From Bacteroidota bacterium (GTDB taxonomy: Bacteria > Bacteroidota > Bacteroidia > Chitinophagales > BACL12): DNA of 64,000 nt. The stretch covers positions 120,289-184,288 of the forward strand of contig JADKEK010000010.1 of NCBI GenBank assembly GCA_016718035.1. Direction: 5' to 3'. The translations under genes and the position numbers were made by a program. The notes beneath the pieces were generated by a model. That model ran no database searches. It was not told the DNA's origin and saw only the letters and a list, made by a program, of their open reading frames with translations. This document shows, piece by piece, positions 9,372-19,674 of this stretch (its first letter is position 1; every line of letters starts with the position of its first letter).

Positions 9372-10658
9372 TTATTTTCCACCATTCATAAATAATGTGT
9401 TTAAATCGCCTCGTTTTTTGATATCATTTAAAACGGTTTCCTGTTTTACAAAGAAAAAGGGTGGAAGTTGTTCCCATTGCTCAGGATGGTAAGTGTATTT
9501 AACAAATTCGTTGTTTTCATAGGTGTTTAATTGTTGCATTAGGGTATCATCAATGATATATCCAATCGAATCGCAAGTCCATTCTGAATAATCGGTTATT
9601 TGATAAACTTCCTGATTAGTTGCCACATGGGTAAATGAATTGGTATGTGCATGGAAAATATTTTTCACAAAGTATTTGCCATTTAAGTTGAGATAATTTA
9701 TTTCCAAATACCCTTCATCAAATTCGCCTGTATATTTTAAATCGGGCATTAAAAAATTATTGTTTTTTGGATATTCATATTTAGGGTCACGTTTAGCTTC
9801 ACGAACAATTTTTAAAATAGCGTAATCGTCTTTATTAATAATATAATATCCGCTCTCATCTGCTTCACCATAAAACTCTTCTGAGGAATAATTATCTACA
9901 CCGTGATTTTCACCTGTAATCCCACGCAAGCTATAACTAATTACCCAGGTGCTGTCGGTAGAGGTGGAGTCGATATAAAAATCACCATGTCGTAAAAAAT
10001 AGGGCGTCAATAAAGAGTAATCGTGATGGTATACCGGATTTTGTTTAAAAACATCATATAATGCATGGTCATAATATTGGTCTATCGCAATTGTATATCG
10101 CGTGCGTCTTATTTTTTGTAAACCAAATGCTTCATCGCAACCCAATTTATTTTTTTCATTTTTAATCCGCATCACCGTCGCCACATTAGCTTCTGTAATT
10201 TCACGAAATACATTATTTATTTTTTTATAGTTGCGATAAAATCCAAAAGCAATATGCGCAGAATCAGCGTATAAATAGGGGAGTTGTCCTGCTGCTTTTT
10301 TCATTATGGTCAACCCATCCAGATATTCAATAGGTACGGTTTCCAATTCATACGGGGGACAAAAAACTACAACCGGTGAAAATTGGGTATTTGGTTTCGG
10401 AATACTGATTGCTACATGACAATTTAATCCAAGCACAGTCAAATTGATGGCTCCGGTATCCGGTCGGTTTATTTCAAATTTCCCTAAACTATCGGTGCTG
10501 TAAAGTCCTCTCACCCCTTCCAACTGAATAGGGCAGTCAGCCATTGGCGCGTTAGTAGCAGCGTTAATAATGGTGGCAGTATATATATGTTGCGCATTGA
10601 TTTGCAGGGGTGCGCAAAAAACAATCAATACCAACCATATAGTCACCACATATTTCAT
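9372..10658 (-). CDS. Secreted hypothetical protein with an N-terminal carboxypeptidase-regulatory-like fold
   Basis: Signal peptide MKYVVTIWLVLIVFCAPLQINAQ. YTATIINAATNAPMADCPIQLEGVRGLYSTDSLGKFEI resembles CarboxypepD_reg-type domains. I do not recognise the rest. Confidence 0.55.
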   Translation of the reverse strand: MKYVVTIWLVLIVFCAPLQINAQHIYTATIINAATNAPMADCPIQLEGVRGLYSTDSLGKFEINRPDTGAINLTVLGLNCHVAISIPKPNTQFSPVVVFCPPYELETVPIEYLDGLTIMKKAAGQLPYLYADSAHIAFGFYRNYKKINNVFREITEANVATVMRIKNEKNKLGCDEAFGLQKIRRTRYTIAIDQYYDHALYDVFKQNPVYHHDYSLLTPYFLRHGDFYIDSTSTDSTWVISYSLRGITGENHGVDNYSSEEFYGEADESGYYIINKDDYAILKIVREAKRDPKYEYPKNNNFLMPDLKYTGEFDEGYLEINYLNLNGKYFVKNIFHAHTNSFTHVATNQEVYQITDYSEWTCDSIGYIIDDTLMQQLNTYENNEFVKYTYHPEQWEQLPPFFFVKQETVLNDIKKRGDLNTLFMNGGK

Positions 10659-10753
10659 ATCCACCAAAATTATACATTACTAATCATTCAATTTCATCCC
10701 AAAGTAAAATTTAAATACCCTCCCGTAACTTCCTGCCTCCCCGCCTTCCCGGC

Positions 10754-10785
10754 AAAAAAAAAGCCCCCACAAAAACGCGGAGGCT
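10754..10785 (-). terminator. Rho-independent terminator of aconitase
   Basis: The minus strand reads agcctcc-gcgtttttgt-gggggct followed by ttttttttt, starting 22 nt after the stop at 10807. Confidence 0.6.
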
Positions 10786-10806
10786 CATATAACAATATAT
10801 TATAAA

Positions 10807-13062
10807 TCACTCATTAATTAAATTTAACGCAGAACCAGCCTTAAACCATTCTATTTGTTGTTGATTATAAGTATGATTAACAGTAATATTTTCGCTGCTG
10901 CCATTACTGTGATTTAAAACTAAAGTAAGCGGCACATTCGGAGCAAATGATGTTAAACCAATAATATCAATTACATCATCTTCCAAAATTTTATCGTAAT
11001 CATTTTTATCCGCAAAAGTTAACGCTAACATACCTTGTTTTTTCAAGTTGGTTTCGTGGATACGCGCAAACGATTTTACTAAAATGGCACGGACACCTAA
11101 GAAACGTGGTTCCATAGCAGCGTGTTCGCGGCTTGAACCTTCACCATAATTTTCATCACCAACTACAATAGAACCAATTCCTGCAGCTTTATAATCGCGT
11201 TGTACTTTTGGTACTGATTCGTAAGCACCTGTTAATTGATTTTTAACGGCATCGGTTTTTTCATTAAAATAATTGAGCGCACCAATTAACATATTATTGG
11301 AAATGTTATCTAAGTGTCCGCGGAATTTTAACCATGGACCCGCCATTGAAATATGGTCGGTAGTACATTTTCCTTTTGCTTTAATTAATAATTTTAATCC
11401 TTTTAAATCGGTTCCTTCCCATGCTTTAAACGGTGCTAATAATTGCAAACGTTTTGAATCCGCTGCAACAATTACATTAACTTCACTGCCATCAACAGCC
11501 GGTTCAATATAACCTGCATCTTCAACAGCAAAACCTTTGGTTGGTAATTCCAAACCTTTAGGTTCGTCTAACATCACCGCAACACCATCTTCGTTAATTA
11601 AAGTATCAGTAAGTGGATTAAATGTAATAGAACCTGCAATTGCTAATGCAGTTACAATTTCCGGTGACGCAACAAATGCATGCGTATTCGGATTACCATC
11701 GTTGCGTTTTGCAAAGTTTCTGTTGAAAGAAGTAATAATGGTGTTTTTCCGTTCAGGGTCGTTGCTGTGACGTGCCCACTGACCAATACATGGTCCGCAA
11801 GCATTTGCTAACACAACACCACCAATTTTTTCGAAATCGGATAGTATACCATCGCGTTCTACCGTAAATCGCACTAATTCACTTCCCGGTGTTATGGTAA
11901 ATTCTGATTTTACTTTTAATTTTTTTGCCACAGCTTGTTTTGCCAATGAAGCAGCGCGGTCTAAATCTTCGTAACTGGAATTGGTACAAGAACCAATTAA
12001 ACCTACTTCTAATTCTGCTGGCCAGTTATTCGCAATAACAGCATCTTTTAATTTTGAAATTGGCCAAGCTAAATCCGGGGTAAAAGGACCATTTACATGT
12101 GGTTCCAATTCACTCAAATTAATTTCAATAACCTGATCAAAATAAGCCGATGGATTAGCATACACTTCTGCATCACCATTCAAATGTGCGGCAACGGTAT
12201 CAGCTAATGCAACAATATCGGAACGATCGGTAGCATTTAAATATCTGCGCATGCTATCATCGTAACCAAATACTGATGTAGTTGCACCAATTTCTGCACC
12301 CATATTACAAATTGTGCCTTTACCTGTGCAGGAAATACTTTCTGCACCTTCACCAAAATATTCTACAATTGCACCGGTTCCACCTTTCACGGTTAAAATT
12401 CCGGCAACTTTTAAAATCACATCTTTAGCACTGGTCCAGCCACTCATTTTACCGGTGAGTTTTACACCAATTAATTTTGGCATTTTAAGCTCCCAAGGGA
12501 AACCTGCCATCACATCTACTGCATCGGCACCACCAACACCAATTGCCACCATGCCTAAACCGCCGGCATTTACGGTATGACTGTCGGTTCCAATCATCAT
12601 ACCACCCGGAAATGCATAATTTTCAAGCACTACTTGGTGAATAATACCTGCACCCGGTTTCCAAAAACCAATACCATATTTGTTTGAAACAGAAGCCAAA
12701 AAGTCAAATACTTCTTTGCTGCTTTCCAGTGCTGCTGCTAAATCCTGCTGTGCACCAACTTTTGCCTGAATAAGGTGGTCGCAATGCACTGTAGAAGGAA
12801 CAGCTACTTTTTTCTTACCTGCGCTCATAAACTGCAATAATGCCATTTGAGCGGTAGCATCCTGCATGGCAACACGGTCCGGCCCAAAATCCACATAATC
12901 CTTGCCGCGCACGTAGTTTTTCGTCGCCAAACCCTCGCTCAGGTGAGCATACAATATCTTCTCAGTAAGGGTTAAAGGACGGTTAAGAATAGCTCTTGCA
13001 GCAGCAATTTTTGAAGGATAATTGGCATAAACCTGTTTAATCATTTCAATATCGAAAGCCAT
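10807..13062 (-). CDS. acn: Aconitate hydratase (about 750-aa mitochondrial-type aconitase)
   Basis: Full-length aconitase signature: [39 protein letters not shown], and Fe-S cysteine motifs [11 protein letters not shown] and [10 protein letters not shown]. Confidence 0.95.
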   Translation of the reverse strand: MAFDIEMIKQVYANYPSKIAAARAILNRPLTLTEKILYAHLSEGLATKNYVRGKDYVDFGPDRVAMQDATAQMALLQFMSAGKKKVAVPSTVHCDHLIQAKVGAQQDLAAALESSKEVFDFLASVSNKYGIGFWKPGAGIIHQVVLENYAFPGGMMIGTDSHTVNAGGLGMVAIGVGGADAVDVMAGFPWELKMPKLIGVKLTGKMSGWTSAKDVILKVAGILTVKGGTGAIVEYFGEGAESISCTGKGTICNMGAEIGATTSVFGYDDSMRRYLNATDRSDIVALADTVAAHLNGDAEVYANPSAYFDQVIEINLSELEPHVNGPFTPDLAWPISKLKDAVIANNWPAELEVGLIGSCTNSSYEDLDRAASLAKQAVAKKLKVKSEFTITPGSELVRFTVERDGILSDFEKIGGVVLANACGPCIGQWARHSNDPERKNTIITSFNRNFAKRNDGNPNTHAFVASPEIVTALAIAGSITFNPLTDTLINEDGVAVMLDEPKGLELPTKGFAVEDAGYIEPAVDGSEVNVIVAADSKRLQLLAPFKAWEGTDLKGLKLLIKAKGKCTTDHISMAGPWLKFRGHLDNISNNMLIGALNYFNEKTDAVKNQLTGAYESVPKVQRDYKAAGIGSIVVGDENYGEGSSREHAAMEPRFLGVRAILVKSFARIHETNLKKQGMLALTFADKNDYDKILEDDVIDIIGLTSFAPNVPLTLVLNHSNGSSENITVNHTYNQQQIEWFKAGSALNLINE

Positions 13063-13091
13063 ATTGGTAAGGTGTTTTTTGAATTCGTCTG

Positions 13092-13099
13092 CAAAGGTA
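13092..13099 (-). promoter_or_regulatory. Candidate -7 promoter box for acn
   Basis: The reverse complement reads TACCTTTG, matching the Bacteroidota consensus TAnnTTTG, 29 nt upstream of the start codon. Confidence 0.4.
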
Positions 13100-13223
13100 A
13101 CAAACAGAGGTCATTATTAGTTTATTAAACGAATAAAAATTATTTTTTAGACTTGTCTAAAAATAGTAAAACCATATGCTTTATAAATTTTGTAAAAAGA
13201 AGTAATTTTGGTAAAACTCCATT

Positions 13224-14867
13224 ATGAAAATCACTTCACTTGCTGCCTATTCCGCTGCGTCGGGATTGTTGCTCGGTCTCGCCTCAGAAGCTTCCGGCCA
13301 AATGACTTATTATAACATTGACCCTGATGCTACAGTTTTTGGTGATATCGATTACCCTATTGATTTAAATCTTGATGGCATTCCGGAAATGACGATGCAT
13401 GGCAATAGATGGTGGACGTTTACCAGTGGCGATGTATTCTCATCACAGCAAATCAGCTTTTTTAATTATGCGGAAATAGCAACATCAGCAGGCCCTCCTG
13501 AACCTGCACCAATTAATTTACATGTTGGCACAGCGCAATTCCCTACTTTGGCTGATGTTGGAGAAACAAATACAGCAGCTGACTTGCAATTACATTTTCA
13601 AAAGCCGGATGATGAAAGCAATGTTGTTGTTTACAGGGTGATACTATATTCCGGTTACGATGACCCCACGCTTGCTGAAGCAAATGCCGTTACTGCCGAA
13701 CGATACACTCAAGTGCTTCCGACAGGTGACGATATCACCATAAATTTTAATGAAACTACGCTCGATATAAATGGCAATCCGCTAATTTCCGGTACTTATT
13801 ACAAAGCTATTATTCTTTCCATACCTGATGGCATTATTGTAACAGGAAGAGACCTTTCATTACCATCAAATACGATGAACTATATTTTAAGAGAAGCACC
13901 AGTTGCTGAAGATATTTATTTAAATTCTACTGGTAATGAAGATGATATTTCCGGTTTTTATGGAAGTTTTACATTGGATGAAACTAATGTATCATCTGTG
14001 CGTGCATATTTAACTGATGGTTTTGCATTTGTAGAAGAGTTACTGCTTTTAGAAAGTGATTATTATATGGAATTAACACCTGTTGTTGGTGAAAACTTAA
14101 TATCATTTTCTACCGATAAATTAATTTATACTTCTGGTGCACCAGTGCTGTTTGAAACTTATTATTTAAATATAGTTTCTATACCGGATAGTACCACCAA
14201 TTCTATCCCGTTATACGAGTATGATGGTGCATATTTCAAATACCAATACTATTCCGAAACACCCACAGTTACTATAGTTGATACAGTTGGCAACGGCTCA
14301 GCCATTCAAGTAAATTTCCCCATGTTTAATAATGAAGATGATTTGGAACATTATCGAATTTTTGTTGCAAAAGCTGATGATGTTGTATCGCCTGAAATTG
14401 TTTCTACAATATCAGCAATAAAGCGAATAGATATAACACCAACAGGCGCAAATCTGGATATCAATTTACATGATCTTCTTCACGATATTGATGGCAACAG
14501 TATTCAGTATGACCAACCTTATAAAGTTTATGTTGCTTTAAAGGGAGATTTTTATCCTGATTATTATTCACTCGCAGAACCATCAGCAGAATTTATTTTA
14601 GAAAAAAACTATGTCGAACCTGCAGTCAATCAAATGCCAAATGCTACACCTGAAATTTGGGTTAACAATAATATTGCACACATGCAAGGATTTACAGAAG
14701 AAGATCACACAATATTGTTATACAATGCACTTGGAGAAATATTATTGAATACTAATTTTTCAGGGGCTGATTTTTCTTTATTGCTGCCGGAATTGCCTAC
14801 CGGAATTTATGTGATAAGTGTAATGGGTGCAGGATCAGTATATCAACAATCGGTATATGTGTATTAG
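13224..14867 (+). CDS. Uncharacterised T9SS cargo protein, paralog 1 of a four-member local family
   Basis: Signal peptide. YYNIDPD...DLNLDGIPE is an EF-hand-like Ca loop. Three ~110-aa modules follow; the first, DVGETNTAADLQLHFQKPDDES..YRVIL...LDINGNPL...IPDG, is about half identical by eye to the first module of paralog 2. The C-terminal LLYNALGEILL...LPTGIYVISVMG is a T9SS CTD. Confidence 0.75.
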   Translation: MKITSLAAYSAASGLLLGLASEASGQMTYYNIDPDATVFGDIDYPIDLNLDGIPEMTMHGNRWWTFTSGDVFSSQQISFFNYAEIATSAGPPEPAPINLHVGTAQFPTLADVGETNTAADLQLHFQKPDDESNVVVYRVILYSGYDDPTLAEANAVTAERYTQVLPTGDDITINFNETTLDINGNPLISGTYYKAIILSIPDGIIVTGRDLSLPSNTMNYILREAPVAEDIYLNSTGNEDDISGFYGSFTLDETNVSSVRAYLTDGFAFVEELLLLESDYYMELTPVVGENLISFSTDKLIYTSGAPVLFETYYLNIVSIPDSTTNSIPLYEYDGAYFKYQYYSETPTVTIVDTVGNGSAIQVNFPMFNNEDDLEHYRIFVAKADDVVSPEIVSTISAIKRIDITPTGANLDINLHDLLHDIDGNSIQYDQPYKVYVALKGDFYPDYYSLAEPSAEFILEKNYVEPAVNQMPNATPEIWVNNNIAHMQGFTEEDHTILLYNALGEILLNTNFSGADFSLLLPELPTGIYVISVMGAGSVYQQSVYVY

Positions 14868-14938
14868 TAAATAAAATTTATCCGGTATTTCAATTATACT
14901 ATGCTAATCAAATAATAGCTTTAATAAAACCTCCAAGC

Positions 14939-16864
14939 ATGAAAACCCTGCAATTAAACACCTACGCTTCACTTGCTGCTGCTTTTCTTGCTACACATAA
15001 ACAAGCAGATGCGCAATTGATATTTACAGAAGTTGATCCCGACAAAATAATAACTAGTTTTGCCAATTATGGTCTCGATTTTAATGATGACGGAATTGAT
15101 GAAATAGTTTTTGAACCTGATTACTATTATACCTGGACATCTTTTGGTGGAGCATCATGGGGGTATAGTTCTCAAAATATGGATTTATTGAATTATGCTA
15201 ATGTAGCATTTTCAGAAAGCAGGCCAATGTTTTTACCACTAGGTGATGTGGTTGATGATACCAAACCCTTCACTTCAGGCAGCCTCAACTTATTTTATGG
15301 GAAATTTAATATAAGCCCCGAAACACTCGAAATGTATTCAGGAGAAAGCTGGATAAATACAGAAGGATTTATCGGTGTAAAATTTAATATAGATGCTAAT
15401 GTCCATTATGGTTGGGTGCGTGTCACCCTCAATCATGTTGAAGATGGACGTTTGCCTAGTTTAACCATTAAAGATTATGCCTATAATGCCACCCCCGGCG
15501 AAGGCGCAGAAACACTATTGTTTTCGGCATCAACTGCTAAAAATTTAATTCTTTCCGATATCGGAGAAACAAATACCGCAAACGATTTGCAATTACAATT
15601 TGATAAAGCAGTTGATGAATCAACCGTCAGCGCTTATCGCATTATTTTAGATAAAAGTTATCCCTATCCAACTTTAGCTGAAGCTAATCTCTTGCCGCCT
15701 GATCGATACACAGAAATATTACCCACCGGTTCAGATATCACAGTCCATTTCGACGAAACTACCTTAGATGTTGATGGCAATCCATTATTACCGGAAACCA
15801 ATTACAGGGCCTATGTGCTATCAGTAGCAGATGGAGTGATAGTTACAGTAAATGATATTTCCATTGCTTCAAATGCTGCGCAATATACCTTTGTTGAGGC
15901 ATCACCTGCGGCATATCCCAATTTGGCGGTTAATTTTATCGACGATGATATGTCGGCTTTTTATGTCACCTATAATTTTTATAATACAGATGTAGATACC
16001 ATTAAAGTATTTATTACAGATTATATTTATTATGAGTTAGATGAGCTCTTGACATTTTCACCTGATTATTTTGTAATAAGTAACCCGGTGATTGGCCCTA
16101 ACACAGTAACATTTACGCCCGATAACTTAGTATATTTAAGTGAAACACCTGTGCTTTTTAATAAATACTATTGTTATTTAGTTTCTGTGCCCGATGGTAC
16201 TGAAAGTAGTTTTTATTCTTATACATTTACCACCGATTATTTTTTATATCCCTACACAGATATTGCACCCGAAATAATTAATTCCAATATTTCCGGCAAC
16301 ATTACCGATATTCATGTGAATTATCCTATGTGGGAAAATGAAGAGAAAATAAATGAATATCTTATAGTGGTTGTTCCTGAAGGGCAATTGTTTACTAATA
16401 CGATGGTAGACACATTGGGATTTACTGAGGCTTATGATTTTCCACCGAATGGAGAAGATATTTCCAAAGACATGCTGCTATCTGCACGTGATGTTAACGG
16501 CGACGTTATTGTGCCGGGAATCTACTATCATATTTATGTTGTTTTAAAAGGAAATGTATCTCCTGTATATTATACCTGCTCCCAACCTTCCGCTGCATTT
16601 ATCTTAACAGCGCCGTTGTCAGCGAGTGCCATTGAAAATACTATTGCAATGGAATGTATAGGAACAACCTTACACGTAATGTTATCCAATTTACATACAG
16701 CCAACATGCAAATTGTGAACGCTGCAGGAGTAATCGTTTATCAAAACAAATTAATCAACACTGAATCTGCAATCGACCTCAGTTTTTTACCTGCAGGTAT
16801 GTATATCGCAACAGTTACCACTGATAATGAAAAAACGAATTTTGTATTTCCATTGACAAAATAA
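14939..16864 (+). CDS. Uncharacterised T9SS cargo protein, paralog 2
   Basis: Signal peptide. FTEVDPD...DFNDDGIDE loop. GFIGVKFNIDANVHYGWVRVTL..LTIKDYAYN domain. Three modules as in paralog 1 (DIGETNTANDLQLQFDKAVDES..YRIIL...LDVDGNPL...VADG). T9SS CTD (MQIVNAAGVIVYQ...LPAGMYIATVTT). Confidence 0.75.
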   Translation: MKTLQLNTYASLAAAFLATHKQADAQLIFTEVDPDKIITSFANYGLDFNDDGIDEIVFEPDYYYTWTSFGGASWGYSSQNMDLLNYANVAFSESRPMFLPLGDVVDDTKPFTSGSLNLFYGKFNISPETLEMYSGESWINTEGFIGVKFNIDANVHYGWVRVTLNHVEDGRLPSLTIKDYAYNATPGEGAETLLFSASTAKNLILSDIGETNTANDLQLQFDKAVDESTVSAYRIILDKSYPYPTLAEANLLPPDRYTEILPTGSDITVHFDETTLDVDGNPLLPETNYRAYVLSVADGVIVTVNDISIASNAAQYTFVEASPAAYPNLAVNFIDDDMSAFYVTYNFYNTDVDTIKVFITDYIYYELDELLTFSPDYFVISNPVIGPNTVTFTPDNLVYLSETPVLFNKYYCYLVSVPDGTESSFYSYTFTTDYFLYPYTDIAPEIINSNISGNITDIHVNYPMWENEEKINEYLIVVVPEGQLFTNTMVDTLGFTEAYDFPPNGEDISKDMLLSARDVNGDVIVPGIYYHIYVVLKGNVSPVYYTCSQPSAAFILTAPLSASAIENTIAMECIGTTLHVMLSNLHTANMQIVNAAGVIVYQNKLINTESAIDLSFLPAGMYIATVTTDNEKTNFVFPLTK

Positions 16865-17064
16865 AATCTTGGAATAATAGATTGTTTTATTGAGTCGCCA
16901 AGATTTATTTTGGTCTGAAATAAAATTGGTGTTCAATAAAAGTTGAAATGTTTGATTTTTCGGATGAGCACCTGCTTGCATGTAGTTTATTTCTCCGATT
17001 AATATTTGTTAATATCACCTCAATCTAAAAGCGAACATGTAATTTTGCCCTATAACATCAGTAG

Positions 17065-18291
17065 TTGACGCTAAAAGAGAATATATCGCTAGCATTACGT
17101 GCCATTCGAGCTAACCGCTTACGAAGCATGATCACCATTACCATCATCGCAATCGGGTTGATGGCACTAATTGGTATTCTTACGGCTATTGATGCACTGG
17201 AAGGCTCTATAAGCTCAAATTTCGCCACTTTGGGTGCCAATTCCTTTTCCATTCGCAACTTCAATGAAATTTCAGATGGCGATGAAACCCCAAAACCGGC
17301 GATTTCTTATAAGGAAGCAACAAATTTTAAAAAGGAGTATCAATTTCGAAGCGCATATGTTTCCATTTCAAGTGTATTTATTCGTGGTTCAGCAACTGTA
17401 AAGCAGGCCGATAAAAAAACCAATCCGAATGTGGATGTTTTAGGGGTAGATGAAAATTTTATTACCATTGGCGGTTATACAATTAGCAGCGGACGCGGGT
17501 TTTCAGCCACCGAATTGGAGAGTGCAGCCAGAGTGGTAGTGTTAGGCAGCGACGTCGCCAAAAAGATATTCACCGAAAAAGACAATCCAATTGATAAAGG
17601 CATTTCTATCAATAACCAATATTTCAGGGTAATAGGCATTTTAGAGGCCAAGGGCAGCAGTTTTATGCAATCGGATACAAGAGTGCTTATTCCGCTTACA
17701 ACAGCACGCAGTGTCTTTCCTCAGGCCGGTATCGATTCTTATGTTATTTCGGTTGGGGTAGATAATCCCGCCGACATGGAACCTGCAATTGGCGACGCCA
17801 CCGGGTTAATGCGTCAGGTGCGCAAATTAAGAATAGGGGAGGAAGATGATTTTACCATCTCCAAAAGCGACAGCGTAGTAAATGTTATGATAGACAACCT
17901 CAAATACGTTGCTTTCGGTGCCATGTTTATCGGTTTTATTACACTGATAGGCGCTGCAATCGGTCTTATGAATATCATGCTGGTGCAAGTGAACGAACGC
18001 ACTAGAGAAATAGGCGTTAGTATGGCCATTGGTGCCAATAGGGCCACTATCAGGAGCCAGTTCCTTATCGAAAGTATAGTAATCTGTATTATCGGCGGTA
18101 TTTGTGGTATCCTACTCGGCATTTTCATTGGCAATTTTGTCGCCCTGGCATTAAACGCCAGCTTTATTCTACCATGGTTATGGATTTTAGTTGGTTTAAC
18201 TGTTTGTGTTATTACCGGTGTAGCTGCGGGATATATGCCTGCCCGTCGCGCCTCCAAACTCGACCCAATCGAAGCACTTCGCTACGAATAA
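17065..18291 (+). CDS. ABC transporter permease, MacB/FtsX family (MacB periplasmic core domain plus FtsX 4-TM domain). No cognate ATPase lies in the window.
   Basis: LKENISLALRAIRANRLRSMITITIIAIGLMAL is the typical N-terminus. A large periplasmic loop is followed by the C-terminal FtsX helices (LMNIMLVQVNERTREIGVSMAIGA...YMPARRASKLDPIEALRYE). The start appears to be TTG, with a stop immediately upstream in frame. Confidence 0.85.
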   Translation: MTLKENISLALRAIRANRLRSMITITIIAIGLMALIGILTAIDALEGSISSNFATLGANSFSIRNFNEISDGDETPKPAISYKEATNFKKEYQFRSAYVSISSVFIRGSATVKQADKKTNPNVDVLGVDENFITIGGYTISSGRGFSATELESAARVVVLGSDVAKKIFTEKDNPIDKGISINNQYFRVIGILEAKGSSFMQSDTRVLIPLTTARSVFPQAGIDSYVISVGVDNPADMEPAIGDATGLMRQVRKLRIGEEDDFTISKSDSVVNVMIDNLKYVAFGAMFIGFITLIGAAIGLMNIMLVQVNERTREIGVSMAIGANRATIRSQFLIESIVICIIGGICGILLGIFIGNFVALALNASFILPWLWILVGLTVCVITGVAAGYMPARRASKLDPIEALRYE

Positions 18292-18407
18292 AAAGTGCTT
18301 TCGCTAATTCATACATAGGTTTCGCTTAGTGGAAACCGTCATTTCACACATTTCCGGTTTTTTGGTAATTTGTTGTAAATTAGTTTTACGGCATAAATCA
18401 ACTTATT

Positions 18408-19670
18408 ATGAAAACCCGTAACACAAACAAATTATTACAGTACTCAACTTTATCCACTGCTTTTTTATTAGCAGGAAAAGTTGAAGCACAAACTGAATAT
18501 CACGAATTTGACCCTTATTTACCATTAACCAATGCATCAGAAGTATTTATTGATGTAAATGACGATGGCGTAGATGATTTTTCTTTTGAATTTGCAAAAA
18601 GCTGGGGCACCAGTTCAACAGGATATGCCGGTGATAATTTCATTTTTAATGCCAAACAATTTGGCGAAAATGAAATGATGATAGCTTCGTTACCTGCTGT
18701 AGAATTTTATTCTTCCATTTTTACTGTTTATTGCTCATTCCCTTCAACCTTAGGTGTAAAACAATTAGCAGAAAATACCATTATCGATGTATTTAAAGAA
18801 TTTGGCAAAGCCGATGTAATGGCACGTGTTGATCAATGCGGATTTTATGGTGCAGATGGTGAACAAGGTGAATGGTTACTTGAAGGTGGAACAAAAGATT
18901 ATTTTGTTGGATTCAGAACAAATGATATAAGTGGTTATTATGGATGGATGCGCATTCGTCATTATGATTTTGGAGATGTAGATTATGTAAAAGATTTTTA
19001 TCTCAACGATGCAATAGGCAGTGGTGTTCAAACGCCTGACCTTGATAATATGGTTGCTCCTGCACCTGACAATTTAAATTTATTTTATGGTGGAGATGGC
19101 AAATTGATGTTGGAATTTAATGCTGCAAGCGATGAAGATAGTTTACAAGAATACCGTGTTATTTTGCGCAATACGATTTTTACCAGTGAATTAACAGCAA
19201 CCATTTGCGAAACTACTTTGCCTGGTAATTACATTACCGTTAATAAAACCGGTGCTTCAACTTATGTTGCAGACCTCAGCACACTAACTACCGATTGGGT
19301 GGGAAATACTTTAGAAGAAGGCGACGGTGTTAGCGCTTATGTATATAGTAAATTTAATTATCCGGTTACTATGTTGAACGGATTGTCGCCTGAATCGAAT
19401 GAACGCACATTGTCTGATGATGTAGCTATTCATAATAATGTGAACAACGAAACGCAGGTATGGCTGCATGATAATGTATTACATATAATTGCAACAAATA
19501 ATAACATTGAACAAATTGTAATTTACGATATACTCGGTCGTATAGTATATGCGGAACCTTTAAGTGAAAGTCAAAATCACATCAGTATTCCCAATCAATT
19601 AAATCAGGGTATATATGTCGTTTCAATGGTTACGGCGGATGGTGTTATTAGCCGGCAAATAAAATTGTAA
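18408..19670 (+). CDS. Uncharacterised T9SS cargo protein, paralog 3
   Basis: Signal peptide. YHEFDPY...DVNDDGVDD loop. YFVGFRTNDISGYYGWMRIRHYD...VKDFYLND domain. One module (LEFNAASDEDSLQEYRVIL). T9SS CTD (IVIYDILGRIVYAE...LNQGIYVVSMVT). Confidence 0.75.
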   Translation: MKTRNTNKLLQYSTLSTAFLLAGKVEAQTEYHEFDPYLPLTNASEVFIDVNDDGVDDFSFEFAKSWGTSSTGYAGDNFIFNAKQFGENEMMIASLPAVEFYSSIFTVYCSFPSTLGVKQLAENTIIDVFKEFGKADVMARVDQCGFYGADGEQGEWLLEGGTKDYFVGFRTNDISGYYGWMRIRHYDFGDVDYVKDFYLNDAIGSGVQTPDLDNMVAPAPDNLNLFYGGDGKLMLEFNAASDEDSLQEYRVILRNTIFTSELTATICETTLPGNYITVNKTGASTYVADLSTLTTDWVGNTLEEGDGVSAYVYSKFNYPVTMLNGLSPESNERTLSDDVAIHNNVNNETQVWLHDNVLHIIATNNNIEQIVIYDILGRIVYAEPLSESQNHISIPNQLNQGIYVVSMVTADGVISRQIKL

Positions 19671-19674
19671 TATT

